Source: an uncultured Candidatus Saccharibacteria bacterium
Lineage (GTDB): Bacteria > Patescibacteriota > Minisyncoccia > Minisyncoccales > PEYH01
Length of the DNA: 64,000 nucleotides
Assembly (NCBI GenBank): GCA_964616145.1
Contig: CAZTRD010000002.1
Span: 4,553-68,552, forward strand
Direction of reading: 5' to 3'
Positions within the stretch are counted from its first letter, which is position 1. Every line of letters begins with the position of its first letter. The notes under the pieces were generated by a model, which was not told the origin of the DNA, did not search any database, and saw nothing but the letters and a program-made list of their open reading frames with translations. Position numbers and translations under genes: made by a program. This document shows, piece after piece, positions 18,599 to 28,615 of the stretch.

Positions 18599-20098
18599 TT
18601 AAATTCCCAGATTAACAATAGGTCTTTGTTTAGTCCAAGGAAAAGAAATAATTAGCTGTAACCCCGAAACATTTTTCGGAACCTCCCAAAAAATAGAACC
18701 TATCGCGACAGATGCAAACGTATAGCTCTCTGGCTGCACGGTTCCAAAGTCAAGCGAAGGAGATTGTAATGGAAGAGTCATATTTTGGGCTTTATTTTCT
18801 TGATCTATCAATACAAAACACGAAGATGTATAAGAAATCGGTTCGTTGCTAATGTCTACGATACTTATCTCAGCTGCGACATATTTATATCCATCTTTCG
18901 GTTTATAGAGATCCAAATTGGACGCATCAAAGTCGGAAAATCTATGTACCCTAATGGCTAATTTGTCTTCTATTTGGATTCTGTCTCCGAGATTATAAAT
19001 TTTAGGCAGTTCTTGTTTAACTTCACTAGATTTATTGGTTGTTGGTTTCTCGACGGATGGTTGGATGGGCTCCAATAAAACCTTATATATTTCATTAGTT
19101 CCAGTTTTGCCTATATTCAGACTATAATTTATAGCATCTTTTGGTATTTCATAGACAAAAAATCCATTTTCTTTTATATCAGGCGATAGTTTTCGTTGTT
19201 CAAAATAATTATCGATGCCTCCTATCACACCATCATACTCTTCATATTGTCGTCCCTTATCGTCAATCAGAAGAGCCCCATTAGTATTAGTAAATACGAA
19301 AGGCATATTTGTGGTATTGGTGATATCTAAGTTTATTACGACAAATTTTGTGTTTTCTTTAGCTACTTTCGGCGTCCCATAACTGCTACTTATTGTCTGT
19401 TTTTCTTCTACCTTATTTACTCTAAACTTTAAGGTAGTCAGCTGAATTTCATCTCCTATGTTTTTTTCTATAATGATAGATTTTTTGGGCTCCGTTTGTC
19501 CGTTTTCTTCTGTTGAAGTTGATCCCGATTGGGACTCATTAGGCATAAGGTTTGCAAACCTTTCTATTCTTGAAATTATCCAATATCGTTCTCCCACCTT
19601 CTTGGTAAAAACAATTCTAGCATCGTTGGGTAATTCGATATAAGCGGAACCACCTTGTTTCTTAAGATTCTTTTGTTGCCAAGTGTTGAGCCAAAAATTT
19701 CCTTTTAAGCTAATAGTTTCTCCTTCTGTTGGAATCGCAAACCAACTTTCTACGCCTTTTTCTACTTGTTCTTTCACAACAGGTTTCATGCTTTCAGCTA
19801 TCTGAAATCCAAACATCATATCAAGCGCTTCAAATCCTTGTATCCCAGAAGTATCGTTTACAAACTTACTTTTCAAATCCGTCCATACACCTTCAGATAT
19901 CGCGTCAATATCTATATATTTAAATCCTAAATCTGTGTTATGTGTTTCGATAGCTTTTTTAATCTGTCCAACGCTATATTCTGGTGTTCCCATAAACCGA
20001 TAGTGCCTGACGCCAATCGTTCCTAACACAACAACAATTATTACTATTATTATTAAAGCAATTTTAATTTTTTTATTTATGATTTGTCGTTTAAACAT
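18599..20098 (-). CDS. Membrane-anchored protein with two DUF4352-like Ig domains
   Basis: N-terminal TM; two FV.....I.N....L.D..G......G...FE(I/V)PK repeats; start moved from 20185 because the extension lies in a structured repeat. Confidence 0.72.
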   Translation of the reverse strand: MFKRQIINKKIKIALIIIVIIVVVLGTIGVRHYRFMGTPEYSVGQIKKAIETHNTDLGFKYIDIDAISEGVWTDLKSKFVNDTSGIQGFEALDMMFGFQIAESMKPVVKEQVEKGVESWFAIPTEGETISLKGNFWLNTWQQKNLKKQGGSAYIELPNDARIVFTKKVGERYWIISRIERFANLMPNESQSGSTSTEENGQTEPKKSIIIEKNIGDEIQLTTLKFRVNKVEEKQTISSSYGTPKVAKENTKFVVINLDITNTTNMPFVFTNTNGALLIDDKGRQYEEYDGVIGGIDNYFEQRKLSPDIKENGFFVYEIPKDAINYSLNIGKTGTNEIYKVLLEPIQPSVEKPTTNKSSEVKQELPKIYNLGDRIQIEDKLAIRVHRFSDFDASNLDLYKPKDGYKYVAAEISIVDISNEPISYTSSCFVLIDQENKAQNMTLPLQSPSLDFGTVQPESYTFASVAIGSIFWEVPKNVSGLQLIISFPWTKQRPIVNLGI

Positions 20099-20108
20099 AA
20101 CTTTTTTT

Positions 20109-20281
20109 ACGATGGCTGTGTGCCCCGGTCTAGAACTTGTACCTATCAGGCCGTTAAAGGGTCCTTGAGCCATAATTCTATCCAAGGATTAACCCGTCTC
20201 GGTCGGGGTCCATATTTAGATTCTAGCATAAAATGAGACAAATGAGACACGGGAAGGGGGTATATCGAAGTGTCTCATTTT
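20109..20281 (-). repeat. ~170 bp structured element, copy A (operator-like repeats + extended -10 + candidate ncRNA)
   Basis: Imperfect direct repeat of 44948-45118. Confidence 0.8.
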
Positions 20282-20318
20282 CCTTAAACTTCTAGATATA
20301 ATATAGCAAAATAGGATA

Positions 20319-20951
20319 TCATGAGAAAATATGGTGTGTCTCATTCTGAATTATCGAAGATATTCTTTTTATATGGTTTTCTGGTTTAATAAACTTATTT
20401 TTATCATGAACTACTTCCTTGTATTTTCTAACAAGAGATTGGCCCTCCTTTTTTCCTAAATGTAGTAAGATATATTGCCCTAAACCAAAAGGGAAATTAT
20501 TATCAAAACGGTCTGTACTAAAACCATAAGCATGCTGACTAAATATGGGGTGAAACTTACTAAATTTATAACCCGACGGACACCAAGTAGACCGTCTGGG
20601 GTGATACATGTGAAAATACAAAATATCCCAATGCTTGCCTTCCATACAAACAGTTTCATAAATATCAATAGGATCGTTTATTTTTTCGATATTCATAGAA
20701 TATAATCGATGACATAAAAGACCAGAACCGCATTCGCACCTTAACCTATTTAAATATTTTATTTCACCCAAAACCCCATTAACTGGAATGGGATTATCGG
20801 GACTATGACCAAAATCTTTTCTATCATTAAATAGAGAGTCGCAATCCTTTCCTTTAATTGCTAAAGAATAAAGTCCCGGGTGTTCCCTTTTCAGGTCTTC
20901 ATTTTGTTTTCCTAGAGATTCCTCAACAAATTTATTTTTTAAGAAATTCAT
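20319..20951 (-). CDS. Hypothetical protein
   Basis: 210 aa ORF; FG.SP.NPIPVNG..GE..YL.RL and ID.YE patterns look conserved. Confidence 0.65.
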   Translation of the reverse strand: MNFLKNKFVEESLGKQNEDLKREHPGLYSLAIKGKDCDSLFNDRKDFGHSPDNPIPVNGVLGEIKYLNRLRCECGSGLLCHRLYSMNIEKINDPIDIYETVCMEGKHWDILYFHMYHPRRSTWCPSGYKFSKFHPIFSQHAYGFSTDRFDNNFPFGLGQYILLHLGKKEGQSLVRKYKEVVHDKNKFIKPENHIKRISSIIQNETHHIFS

Positions 20952-20969
20952 ATTATTAGCTAAGGCTAA

Positions 20970-21470
20970 CTAGATCTTTTTCTGCTTTTGGCTTGCTCCT
21001 CTAAAGAACGTTACCTCCCATTCCCCCTCCTCCTCTAGTTCCTCTTCTGAGTATTTGCTAATTTCTGCTCTTATTATTCTCTCTATCTTCTCCGATTCGG
21101 CCAACCCCTTCAGCATAAGATTTCCCGTACCCTTGACGCTAGGATTTATCTTATCTATCGTTTTGAAATACATGTTTCGTATTTCAACATCCGCTATTTT
21201 ACAAAGCACGTCAGCAAACGAATCATAACTTTTTATTTCTATTTTTTCTGATTTTTTATAAATAAAATTGCTGGCATTATCTTTATCTTCCAAAAATTCC
21301 CAATCCTTGCGATACGATAATGTCACCTTAACTAATTCATTAAAATTCACATCAGGATTCTGGGATTTAGCCCTAAAGATACCCGTCTTCATAGCAAAAA
21401 TTAACCCTTTAGCATAGCTGCTAACTTCTCTTTCTCTAATCCTACTAAAAATCTTGTTTAGAAAAGCCAT
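20970..21470 (-). CDS. Hypothetical protein
   Basis: 166 aa ORF co-oriented in the array. Confidence 0.6.
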   Translation of the reverse strand: MAFLNKIFSRIREREVSSYAKGLIFAMKTGIFRAKSQNPDVNFNELVKVTLSYRKDWEFLEDKDNASNFIYKKSEKIEIKSYDSFADVLCKIADVEIRNMYFKTIDKINPSVKGTGNLMLKGLAESEKIERIIRAEISKYSEEELEEEGEWEVTFFRGASQKQKKI

Positions 21471-21667
21471 TTTGTTATTATGTTAAACTTTAATTGTGTC
21501 TTTTATTAACTCCCTTTTTTCTATTATCATCTAAAAGTATCGGGAGGGCAATGTTTGCACCTCTCATTTTCCTTGATTTTTAGATAAAATAGGGCGGGAT
21601 AAGACATTATAGATGAATATACTGTGTCTTATTTATTGCTTGGGAGTTGTAGGTTATTTTGATCTCA

Positions 21668-22258
21668 TTATGTCTTAATAATTTTATCTATTTGTTTCAA
21701 TTCTTCAGAAAAATGATTCGCTAATAAAAACATCCCCGAGAAAGATATAAAGTCATTAAAAACTGTCTTGCCTTGAAGCTTCCTATTTATTTCTTGGTTT
21801 TTCCATTTAATGATCTCATTTTCTTCTAATGTCCACTCCCCCTTTCTATTTTTAAAATAGAATTTATTATTGTGCGCTGCCCCATTCCTTATATGTCTTA
21901 AAAACTTGAATTCTTCTGCATTTTTGATGCCGTCACAATATTCTGAGAACAATAAGAGCTCATACGTGGATATTGCCATTATTTTCCCTATAACAATGGA
22001 ACTGTTTAGTACATTTAACTTTGAAGTATATCTATTATTAATATAATCAATTTCTATGTGTAAATTAACCCATTTGTTGTATTTATCTAACATAGACAAT
22101 AAATAAGGCGCTCCTACCCCCTTGCTTTTTACTAAGTCTTGGATATTCGGATCGGCTAATACGTTATTGGAAAAAATATAAAACCAAAAAATGTTTTCTA
22201 TATCCTGCAGAACTTTGTGAAAGCTCGTATTGATATCTAAATTAACTTTTTTATTCAT
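21668..22258 (-). CDS. HEPN-like domain protein (putative RNase/Abi effector)
   Basis: Helical protein with LRHIRNGAAHNN (RxxxxH). Confidence 0.6.
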   Translation of the reverse strand: MNKKVNLDINTSFHKVLQDIENIFWFYIFSNNVLADPNIQDLVKSKGVGAPYLLSMLDKYNKWVNLHIEIDYINNRYTSKLNVLNSSIVIGKIMAISTYELLLFSEYCDGIKNAEEFKFLRHIRNGAAHNNKFYFKNRKGEWTLEENEIIKWKNQEINRKLQGKTVFNDFISFSGMFLLANHFSEELKQIDKIIKT

Positions 22259-22270
22259 GAATTATATTTT

Positions 22271-22780
22271 CTATTTATTATTGGGGGATTTAATAATCTC
22301 TTCGATACGAGTTCTGATTTTCTGAATATCGTAAGATGCAACACATTTAATTCTTAACAATGGTACTCCTGCGTTTTTAAATACATCTTCAACAAAATTA
22401 TCTCTATCTATTCTATTTTTATAATTGTGCGAATTATCATCTAGCTCTATGGCTAGCACAGGAGTTAGGTTATTCTTTTCTGCAAGTACAAAATCAACTG
22501 ATTTTCTATCTATTTTGTTAAAATATTTGTAGTATTCTCCCCTGCTTGATTTAACATAAACTAAATCTGATAAATGAACTTGGGGAAAGATATAGTACTT
22601 ATTTCCTATTGCTTGTTCCAATACTCTAAAAAATGATGTTTCTGCTTTAGATAGAAGATAATCCTTTTTTGAATATGGATATTTTGATTTGCCCTTCGCT
22701 TTTTTTATATAAACTAACAACCATAATGAAATTAGAATAAATAATACGGTAATAATAATGATTATTTCATTTTTATTCAT
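22271..22780 (-). CDS. DUF2726 domain protein
   Basis: TM, LLS.AE..FF..L, QV.L.D, K.VDFV, IELDD.SH, RD.F. Confidence 0.85.
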   Translation of the reverse strand: MNKNEIIIIITVLFILISLWLLVYIKKAKGKSKYPYSKKDYLLSKAETSFFRVLEQAIGNKYYIFPQVHLSDLVYVKSSRGEYYKYFNKIDRKSVDFVLAEKNNLTPVLAIELDDNSHNYKNRIDRDNFVEDVFKNAGVPLLRIKCVASYDIQKIRTRIEEIIKSPNNK

Positions 22781-22795
22781 AAAAAAATAATTCTT

Positions 22796-23077
22796 TTATC
22801 CTTTTTCTAGAAATCGGGTACCAAGAGTATATCCTATGATCCCGCTCAAGATAGCTCCAGCAACTGCGCTATCTAAAATATTTAACACTGCTAATGCTAG
22901 CGTACCTACCGTCACAAAGATTATTGCTACGCTTTTTATAACGTTATCGGGAGTTAACCAAAGTTTTAATTCCCCGGTTGTTTTTCTCATCGTAACCATT
23001 AACCAACACCAGCAAACAGTGATGGCAAGAAGTGGGATGCCTAATATTATGATTAAAAGAGAAATTTTTGTGTCCAT
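22796..23077 (-). CDS. Small membrane protein
   Basis: Three hydrophobic segments, LSGIIGY.LG. Confidence 0.6.
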   Translation of the reverse strand: MDTKISLLIIILGIPLLAITVCWCWLMVTMRKTTGELKLWLTPDNVIKSVAIIFVTVGTLALAVLNILDSAVAGAILSGIIGYTLGTRFLEKG

Positions 23078-23098
23078 ATTTTTATTTTAATTATTTTC

Positions 23099-23641
23099 TT
23101 ATTTTTTAGGACCTTCCAAAATTTGTAATTTATTCTTTTTCTCCTTGGCTCTAAGTTTTCTCGCCAGATAAAATGTCCCGTACTGTATAGATCGAAGTAA
23201 CGGATAGGAAGATTCATCTATCGCGCAATACCATGGATCTATTCTAGAAAGCTCATCTGCGATAGATGAAACAAATTCTGGGATAAGGATGGTTTTTATA
23301 CCATTACCCAGATCCATTTTTTTCTCGGAATTTTGGCGAGGAACAGAAAAACCCGTAATTGCTATTTTCTTTATTTTTTTCTTATTAAAACTAAATACTT
23401 CCTCATAATATTTTTCGGCATTTTGGAATTTCTTAGTAAACACCTTTTTCTTTTCTTTCCACGACCATGCATCAGTTGAACATTCAATGTGAATAAACTC
23501 TTTTGTTTTTGGATGGTATGCTATTACATCCATTTCTCCGATATGACCACCGTGTCCAGTTTTACCAAATCGGATGTTTGTTCGACAAAAATATCCCTTA
23601 TATTCATACCATTCAGCTGTTAATTGTTCTAAAAAATTCAT
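23099..23641 (-). CDS. PD-(D/E)XK endonuclease-like protein
   Basis: NFLEQL.AEWYE.KGYF, GEMDVIA, HIECS. Confidence 0.65.
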   Translation of the reverse strand: MNFLEQLTAEWYEYKGYFCRTNIRFGKTGHGGHIGEMDVIAYHPKTKEFIHIECSTDAWSWKEKKKVFTKKFQNAEKYYEEVFSFNKKKIKKIAITGFSVPRQNSEKKMDLGNGIKTILIPEFVSSIADELSRIDPWYCAIDESSYPLLRSIQYGTFYLARKLRAKEKKNKLQILEGPKK

Positions 23642-23680
23642 ATTATTAATTATAAAGCCTATTATTAATATTAAACCACT

Positions 23681-24310
23681 ATGAGCTTACCTAAACAAGC
23701 GATAAATGAATTTAAAGAGATTTATAAAGATCAATACAACAAAGAGTTAAGTGATGCTGAAGCTAGTGAAGCAGCTAATAATCTAGTAGATTTCTTTAAA
23801 CTTCTATACGATTGCCATATAAAAGAATTAAAAAGGAAAAGACGACTCAAAAAAGAACCTGAGGGGTTTCATCTAACCGATGGAGAATATAACTGTTGTA
23901 TTTGTCATAAACTGATTTCTAGAGAAGAAACATGGTATGACAAATGGGGTATCAAATGCCTATATTGTCAGAAAGCCGTAAAAGAAGGATTAATCCCCTC
24001 TTTTGTTTGCCATGATAGAGATAGTTGGTATGCAATGTGGGAATTAGAGAGTAAGTTTGGAATTAAAAATCAAACTGTAAGAAAATTAGTTAGAGAAGGT
24101 AAGCTTATAGCGAGAATAGTTCCATATGAAAATGGTAATCCCTATGAATATATCTTCTTAAAAAAGGAAAACTCTGATCTTATAGATCCGGATAGAAAAT
24201 CTCCGGCAAGAAAATCATATGATAAAAATTATAATAGGATTATGGATGCAAGAATTCGAGAGGAGAAGAAAAAAGAATATAAAATTAGTGGAAAAAATAT
24301 TTCATTATGA
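23681..24310 (+). CDS. Hypothetical protein with small N-terminal helical domain, CxxC/CxxC zinc finger and HTH-like segment
   Basis: CCIC...CLYC; FGIKNQTVRKLVREGKL HTH-like. Confidence 0.65.
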   Translation: MSLPKQAINEFKEIYKDQYNKELSDAEASEAANNLVDFFKLLYDCHIKELKRKRRLKKEPEGFHLTDGEYNCCICHKLISREETWYDKWGIKCLYCQKAVKEGLIPSFVCHDRDSWYAMWELESKFGIKNQTVRKLVREGKLIARIVPYENGNPYEYIFLKKENSDLIDPDRKSPARKSYDKNYNRIMDARIREEKKKEYKISGKNISL

Positions 24311-24313
24311 TCT

Positions 24314-25705
24314 TTATATTATTTTTCCCGCAAGATAGTTTCTAACAATATCATCAATTATCCTATCCTCAATACTGAGAAAATCAAATAGTTCAAATAA
24401 CGGCGTTGTGAATTTAAGCACTAAGTTGGTTGTGTTTTCCTCAATTTCTTTTATAGTTGTTACAATTGTAGTGCTGATTTGATTTTCTACACTTTTATAT
24501 TCAGAAGTAATTAGTCTGTTGCCAGTAGCACCCATGATTTTACCCTTTAATCCGCCGTGCTTTATGATTATTGTTATTAGTTCTTCCTTGCCTAGTTTAA
24601 GATTAGAATAGAGGTTTCTAGCATACATCAATGTTTCTGTTATTCTTATTGTTCTAGTATCAAAAAATAAATAGTTAGGCTTTCTTTTTTCTTCGAATAT
24701 GCTTTTTAGTAAATAAAAGGACCCATCTTGCTTAATTGACCAGTAATCAAAACTTTTATCTTCTTTTGTCGCTATCTCTGTAACTATGCCATCATCATTT
24801 GGTTTTGGGCTATATTCTCCATCTCTTGCGCCAGGCGCAATAGGCCAACCGAATGTATGTATCTGTGAATTAATGGCTGCGTCTCTTAATTCTCTTTTTG
24901 ATATATTCAAATTAGACATTGGAAGATACATCTTAATTTCCATAAAAATATCGATATCAAAAGCATGTAAATGCGCAAAAGCTTTTTCAATATTTTTATC
25001 AAACCAATTATTTGATTCCTCTCGAATTTCTTTCTCGATTGTTTCAAATTTTTCAGCTGTAATTGTTTTTATTTTTAATATTTCTTCTACTAGACCCTTG
25101 GTTTCTTCTTTACTTTTCATTTTAACTAAATCCCAAAGGCCTTCACAACCATAAAGAATATCTGACACAGCCATTGAAAGAACTTGCGGTTCTCCTTCCT
25201 TTCCTTTTTTATATAAATATTTTGTATCTTGAATTGCCCAAGCATTTCCCAAGATGGTTCTTGATTGTATCTCGCAATATAACTTTTCTTTATTTCCATC
25301 TATATCGAATTCTTTGGCGAAATTAAAATGATAAGCCCTGTATGGACCTTCATTCTTTTCTTCTGCCATTACATCAATAAATTGTTTTTTTAATTCTCCG
25401 AATAAAATATCGCGGATGGCTTCTCTATCACTTCGACAATGGCACGTTATTCTGTCACCAGCGATGTCTTTAATTTCTATTAGTTTACTTATTTTTTTAT
25501 ATTTTTTCGGATTTTCTCCAATATTTTTGATTATAGAATCAAACTCCTTAATTTTGTTATTTGGTCTTTGTGATACCTCATAGATATCTATCGATTCTTT
25601 CCTCTGTTCTTTGAACTTAGACAAAAAATCATAAACTTCTTGTTGTAGTTGTTCATAATAAGATTTATATTTCTCGTAATCTTTTTTTATTTCTTCTAAT
25701 TCCAT
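24314..25705 (-). CDS. RelA/SpoT-type small alarmone synthetase domain fused to an uncharacterised C-terminal domain
   Basis: R....IK...S, DIAG.RI, YRAYH, EIQSRT....WA. Confidence 0.75.
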   Translation of the reverse strand: MELEEIKKDYEKYKSYYEQLQQEVYDFLSKFKEQRKESIDIYEVSQRPNNKIKEFDSIIKNIGENPKKYKKISKLIEIKDIAGDRITCHCRSDREAIRDILFGELKKQFIDVMAEEKNEGPYRAYHFNFAKEFDIDGNKEKLYCEIQSRTILGNAWAIQDTKYLYKKGKEGEPQVLSMAVSDILYGCEGLWDLVKMKSKEETKGLVEEILKIKTITAEKFETIEKEIREESNNWFDKNIEKAFAHLHAFDIDIFMEIKMYLPMSNLNISKRELRDAAINSQIHTFGWPIAPGARDGEYSPKPNDDGIVTEIATKEDKSFDYWSIKQDGSFYLLKSIFEEKRKPNYLFFDTRTIRITETLMYARNLYSNLKLGKEELITIIIKHGGLKGKIMGATGNRLITSEYKSVENQISTTIVTTIKEIEENTTNLVLKFTTPLFELFDFLSIEDRIIDDIVRNYLAGKII

Positions 25706-25711
25706 TTTCTT

Positions 25712-25777
25712 TTATACCTCAATAGTTTTACCTATTTGTTTTGATTCTTCAGAAAAACGATTCGCTAATAAAAACAC
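25712..25777 (-). pseudogene. Relic 3' end of a HEPN-like gene
   Basis: 57/66 nt identical (hand count) to 21668-21733, same frame, including the stop. Confidence 0.75.
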
Positions 25778-27669
25778 TATAATCCTATTTCTTCTAGAAA
25801 TCTACTCTTTCTTTTACCTAGCATTGTCCTGCCAGAAACTTTATGTATTTCTGGTCCTGACCTCTGTTTTGCCCAAGACAGCAATAAACCAAATTTAGCA
25901 CGAGTCATAGAAACATAGAGTAATCGTCTTTTCTCTTCTATATTGGCAGCATTTCCTGGCATAATATCATCTTCTAGCGCAGGGACAATTACGGTGCCAG
26001 CATCTAATCCTTTTGCGGAATGCATAGTCATTATACGCACAGCATTTTCATTTACCTCATTATTATTTTCCAATTCTCCAGACTCCATATTAAATTCAAA
26101 ATCATCTAAAATTTCTTTGAATGAGATAAATTCGCCCGCCTTACTAAATTGTTGGAAATAATCATATAAAATTTTACTTCCTTTGTCATTTTTAAATTCC
26201 GTAAAGTGCGAAAAAATCTTTTTAATAATTTCGTATAAATCTGGTGTTTCTAATAAATCCTTCAAAAAAATGCAAACTTTTGATACGTTTTTCCTAAGTT
26301 TAATTTTTTTAAATGCTTCTTGATTCTCAGTTATATTGTTTATAACATCCCAAAAGGAGCAATTGCTAGCAATCGCATTAAATTTTATTTGGCGAACAGT
26401 CTCTAATCCTATTCCTTTCCAAAAAACTAAAAATTGGCGTAAGCTCAAATTATCATTAGTATTATTTAAAAAACGAATTAATGAAATTAATCCAAGAAAT
26501 TCTGGTGATTCAAATAGATGGGCAACTTTCAATGAAACATTTATAGGAACATCGTTTTCTCTTAGAGCAAAAACGTAATCTTTCGCGATATCTCCATCGG
26601 GGAATAAGATCATTATCTCTTTCGGTGATACTTTCTTTCTAAGCAACTCCTTAACCTTAGACACGAGCCATTCTTTTTCCTTAGTCTTACTTTTATGAGC
26701 GAAAGATACTACAAAACCGTTTCTTTCGCTTTCCCTTTCAAGGGGTATTAGCTCTTTTTTGACTCTATTAATATTGTTTTTTATTAATTTGCTGGCATAT
26801 CTTATTACTTCAGGAAAACATCTTCTACAAATGGTAATGAAGAAAGATTTTCCAGTACTATGATTGTCTAAAAAATTTTTAGTTATACCACTTGGATCTG
26901 CGAATCTAAAACTTTCATAAATACTTTGATCGTCATCGCCGACTACGCATAAACCATCGCAATTACCACAAACCTTATCGACAAAACCCTGCTCAATTGG
27001 ACTTAAATCTTGGTATTCGTCAACCAATAAATATTGTGTTTTCTCATGAACTTCTTTTCTGATATAAGAAAAATTATCAATTAAATCCATTGTTTTTTTT
27101 AATGCATCCACCCAATTCATTGCATTATAAAAATCTAGATGCTCTTGAAAAGTAGCAGAAAAATAACTTAATACTTTAAGCTTTCGCTGATTGTTTATTA
27201 TTTCACCCGGCAAACCAGCTCCTGCCCTTTCCTGAAAATGAGCTTTTTTATATATTGCCAAATCTTCTCTTGAAATCTTAATCCCCCTGGTTTTAAGATT
27301 GTGAGCTACGTCTTTTATTAAAATGTTTGCTATATTATTACTGATAGGACGAAATCCTGGTTTTAAGATTGCCTGTTTTTGATATTTTTGTAAAATAGAC
27401 ATTGCGAAACCGTGTACAGTATTTGTATAAGGCATAAGATCTGATTTTATGCCTGATTTTAATAAATCGCTCCTTAGCTTATTGGCTGCAGTATTGGTGA
27501 AGGTTATCGCACAAATTTCTTTATATAATACTTTTTTGTTGTTAATCAAAAAGTGTACTCTTTTAGTTAAACATAGGGTCTTGCCGGTTCCGGGTCCTGC
27601 CAAAACACACATAGGTGCGCCTGAAAATTCGACTATTTCCTTTTGCTCTTTACTTAAAATACAATTCAT
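25777..27669 (-). CDS. UvrD/PcrA-family SF1 helicase
   Basis: AGPGTGKT, TFTN.AA, VDEYQD, VGDDDQSIY, TMHSAKGL, EEKRRLLYVSMTRAK. Confidence 0.9.
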   Translation of the reverse strand: MNCILSKEQKEIVEFSGAPMCVLAGPGTGKTLCLTKRVHFLINNKKVLYKEICAITFTNTAANKLRSDLLKSGIKSDLMPYTNTVHGFAMSILQKYQKQAILKPGFRPISNNIANILIKDVAHNLKTRGIKISREDLAIYKKAHFQERAGAGLPGEIINNQRKLKVLSYFSATFQEHLDFYNAMNWVDALKKTMDLIDNFSYIRKEVHEKTQYLLVDEYQDLSPIEQGFVDKVCGNCDGLCVVGDDDQSIYESFRFADPSGITKNFLDNHSTGKSFFITICRRCFPEVIRYASKLIKNNINRVKKELIPLERESERNGFVVSFAHKSKTKEKEWLVSKVKELLRKKVSPKEIMILFPDGDIAKDYVFALRENDVPINVSLKVAHLFESPEFLGLISLIRFLNNTNDNLSLRQFLVFWKGIGLETVRQIKFNAIASNCSFWDVINNITENQEAFKKIKLRKNVSKVCIFLKDLLETPDLYEIIKKIFSHFTEFKNDKGSKILYDYFQQFSKAGEFISFKEILDDFEFNMESGELENNNEVNENAVRIMTMHSAKGLDAGTVIVPALEDDIMPGNAANIEEKRRLLYVSMTRAKFGLLLSWAKQRSGPEIHKVSGRTMLGKRKSRFLEEIGL

Positions 27670-27681
27670 TGATTCAGAGAT

Positions 27682-28332
27682 TTATTTTTTAATTTGGCAG
27701 ACACAGTTACGATAAATACACCATTTACAATTAGGATTTTCCGGTGGCATGGGACTATTTAACAGAGCTGATATTCCGGAAATAAAGTCATAAAATCTAT
27801 CCATATCTTCCTTAATCTCGAACCAGTAAGGTTTTGCTTTGAAAATAACATCTTCTCCTGGAAAAGAAATATCTTCTGGATTAATAGCGATAACTCCCAT
27901 CTTACTAATTTTTTTTGGTTCGCCAAAGGCAGGATTTTCTAGGGCAAATTTATATCCGTGTAGCTGAGAAAAAAATTTACTTATTTTGTCTTCTTTTGGA
28001 TCCGTAATTTTAAAATCAATAACCGCATATGTACCATCGTCTAAATGAGAAGCGATATCAAATCTACCACTTATATAGCAATCGTTAGATGGCGGAATGA
28101 TTTTTGACTTAAGAAATCCCTCTTTCACTTCAATTTTTCCAGCTGGTAATCTAGAGTTAATCTCTCTTAAATCCATCCCAATAATTGCATTTTGCAATAA
28201 TGAATTCATCTTTGAGAAAATCCCTGGCATACCAATTGATGGCAATGTAATTCCATTTTTTACCTTTTCGTAATAACAGTGTTTACAATCTTCGTAAAGA
28301 TATTTAAAATCTGATGGGCTTAGTTTATACAT
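27682..28332 (-). CDS. PD-(D/E)XK nuclease, Cas4/AddB-like
   Basis: LSPS, CKHC, G.FD, IDFK, QL.GY, C-terminal CKWC. Confidence 0.8.
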   Translation of the reverse strand: MYKLSPSDFKYLYEDCKHCYYEKVKNGITLPSIGMPGIFSKMNSLLQNAIIGMDLREINSRLPAGKIEVKEGFLKSKIIPPSNDCYISGRFDIASHLDDGTYAVIDFKITDPKEDKISKFFSQLHGYKFALENPAFGEPKKISKMGVIAINPEDISFPGEDVIFKAKPYWFEIKEDMDRFYDFISGISALLNSPMPPENPNCKWCIYRNCVCQIKK

Positions 28333-28429
28333 AGGTTATTTATTTTTAGGTTTTTCCTTATTAAATTTTAACTGCGGAATAAAAATCTTCGCTAATTTCT
28401 CGGCTGCTTCATCTCTCGATTCCTCTTTC

Positions 28430-28615
28430 TTATTTTGTATCTTCTCTTCTTTTTTGCAGGACATTATATTCTTTTTGAGTCATTGGTTTATAAACGATTT
28501 CCACTAAACGTAACAACCTGGTCGCTTTTTTTAAAGCCTTCTGATCTGATAGATCTTTATTAAAACGTTTTTTATAAATCTGCTTAAATTTATTTAATCG
28601 TTCCTCAGAAATCAT
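28430..28615 (-). CDS. Small hypothetical protein
   Basis: 61 aa; similar to N-terminus of 23681..24310. Confidence 0.6.
   Translation of the reverse strand: MISEERLNKFKQIYKKRFNKDLSDQKALKKATRLLRLVEIVYKPMTQKEYNVLQKRREDTK

Noticed and set aside
20099-20185. N-terminal extension MDRIMAQGPF... of the DUF4352 ORF
   Set aside because: Lies inside the structured repeat; the equivalent frame in copy B has a stop
20109-20215. TPP riboswitch (ACCC...CCTGAT resemblance)
   Set aside because: No CUGAGA junction in the right place, no P5/GCG motif, and no thiamine genes downstream
25777-27669. Gabija (GajB) call
   Set aside because: No adjacent OLD-family ATPase/TOPRIM GajA
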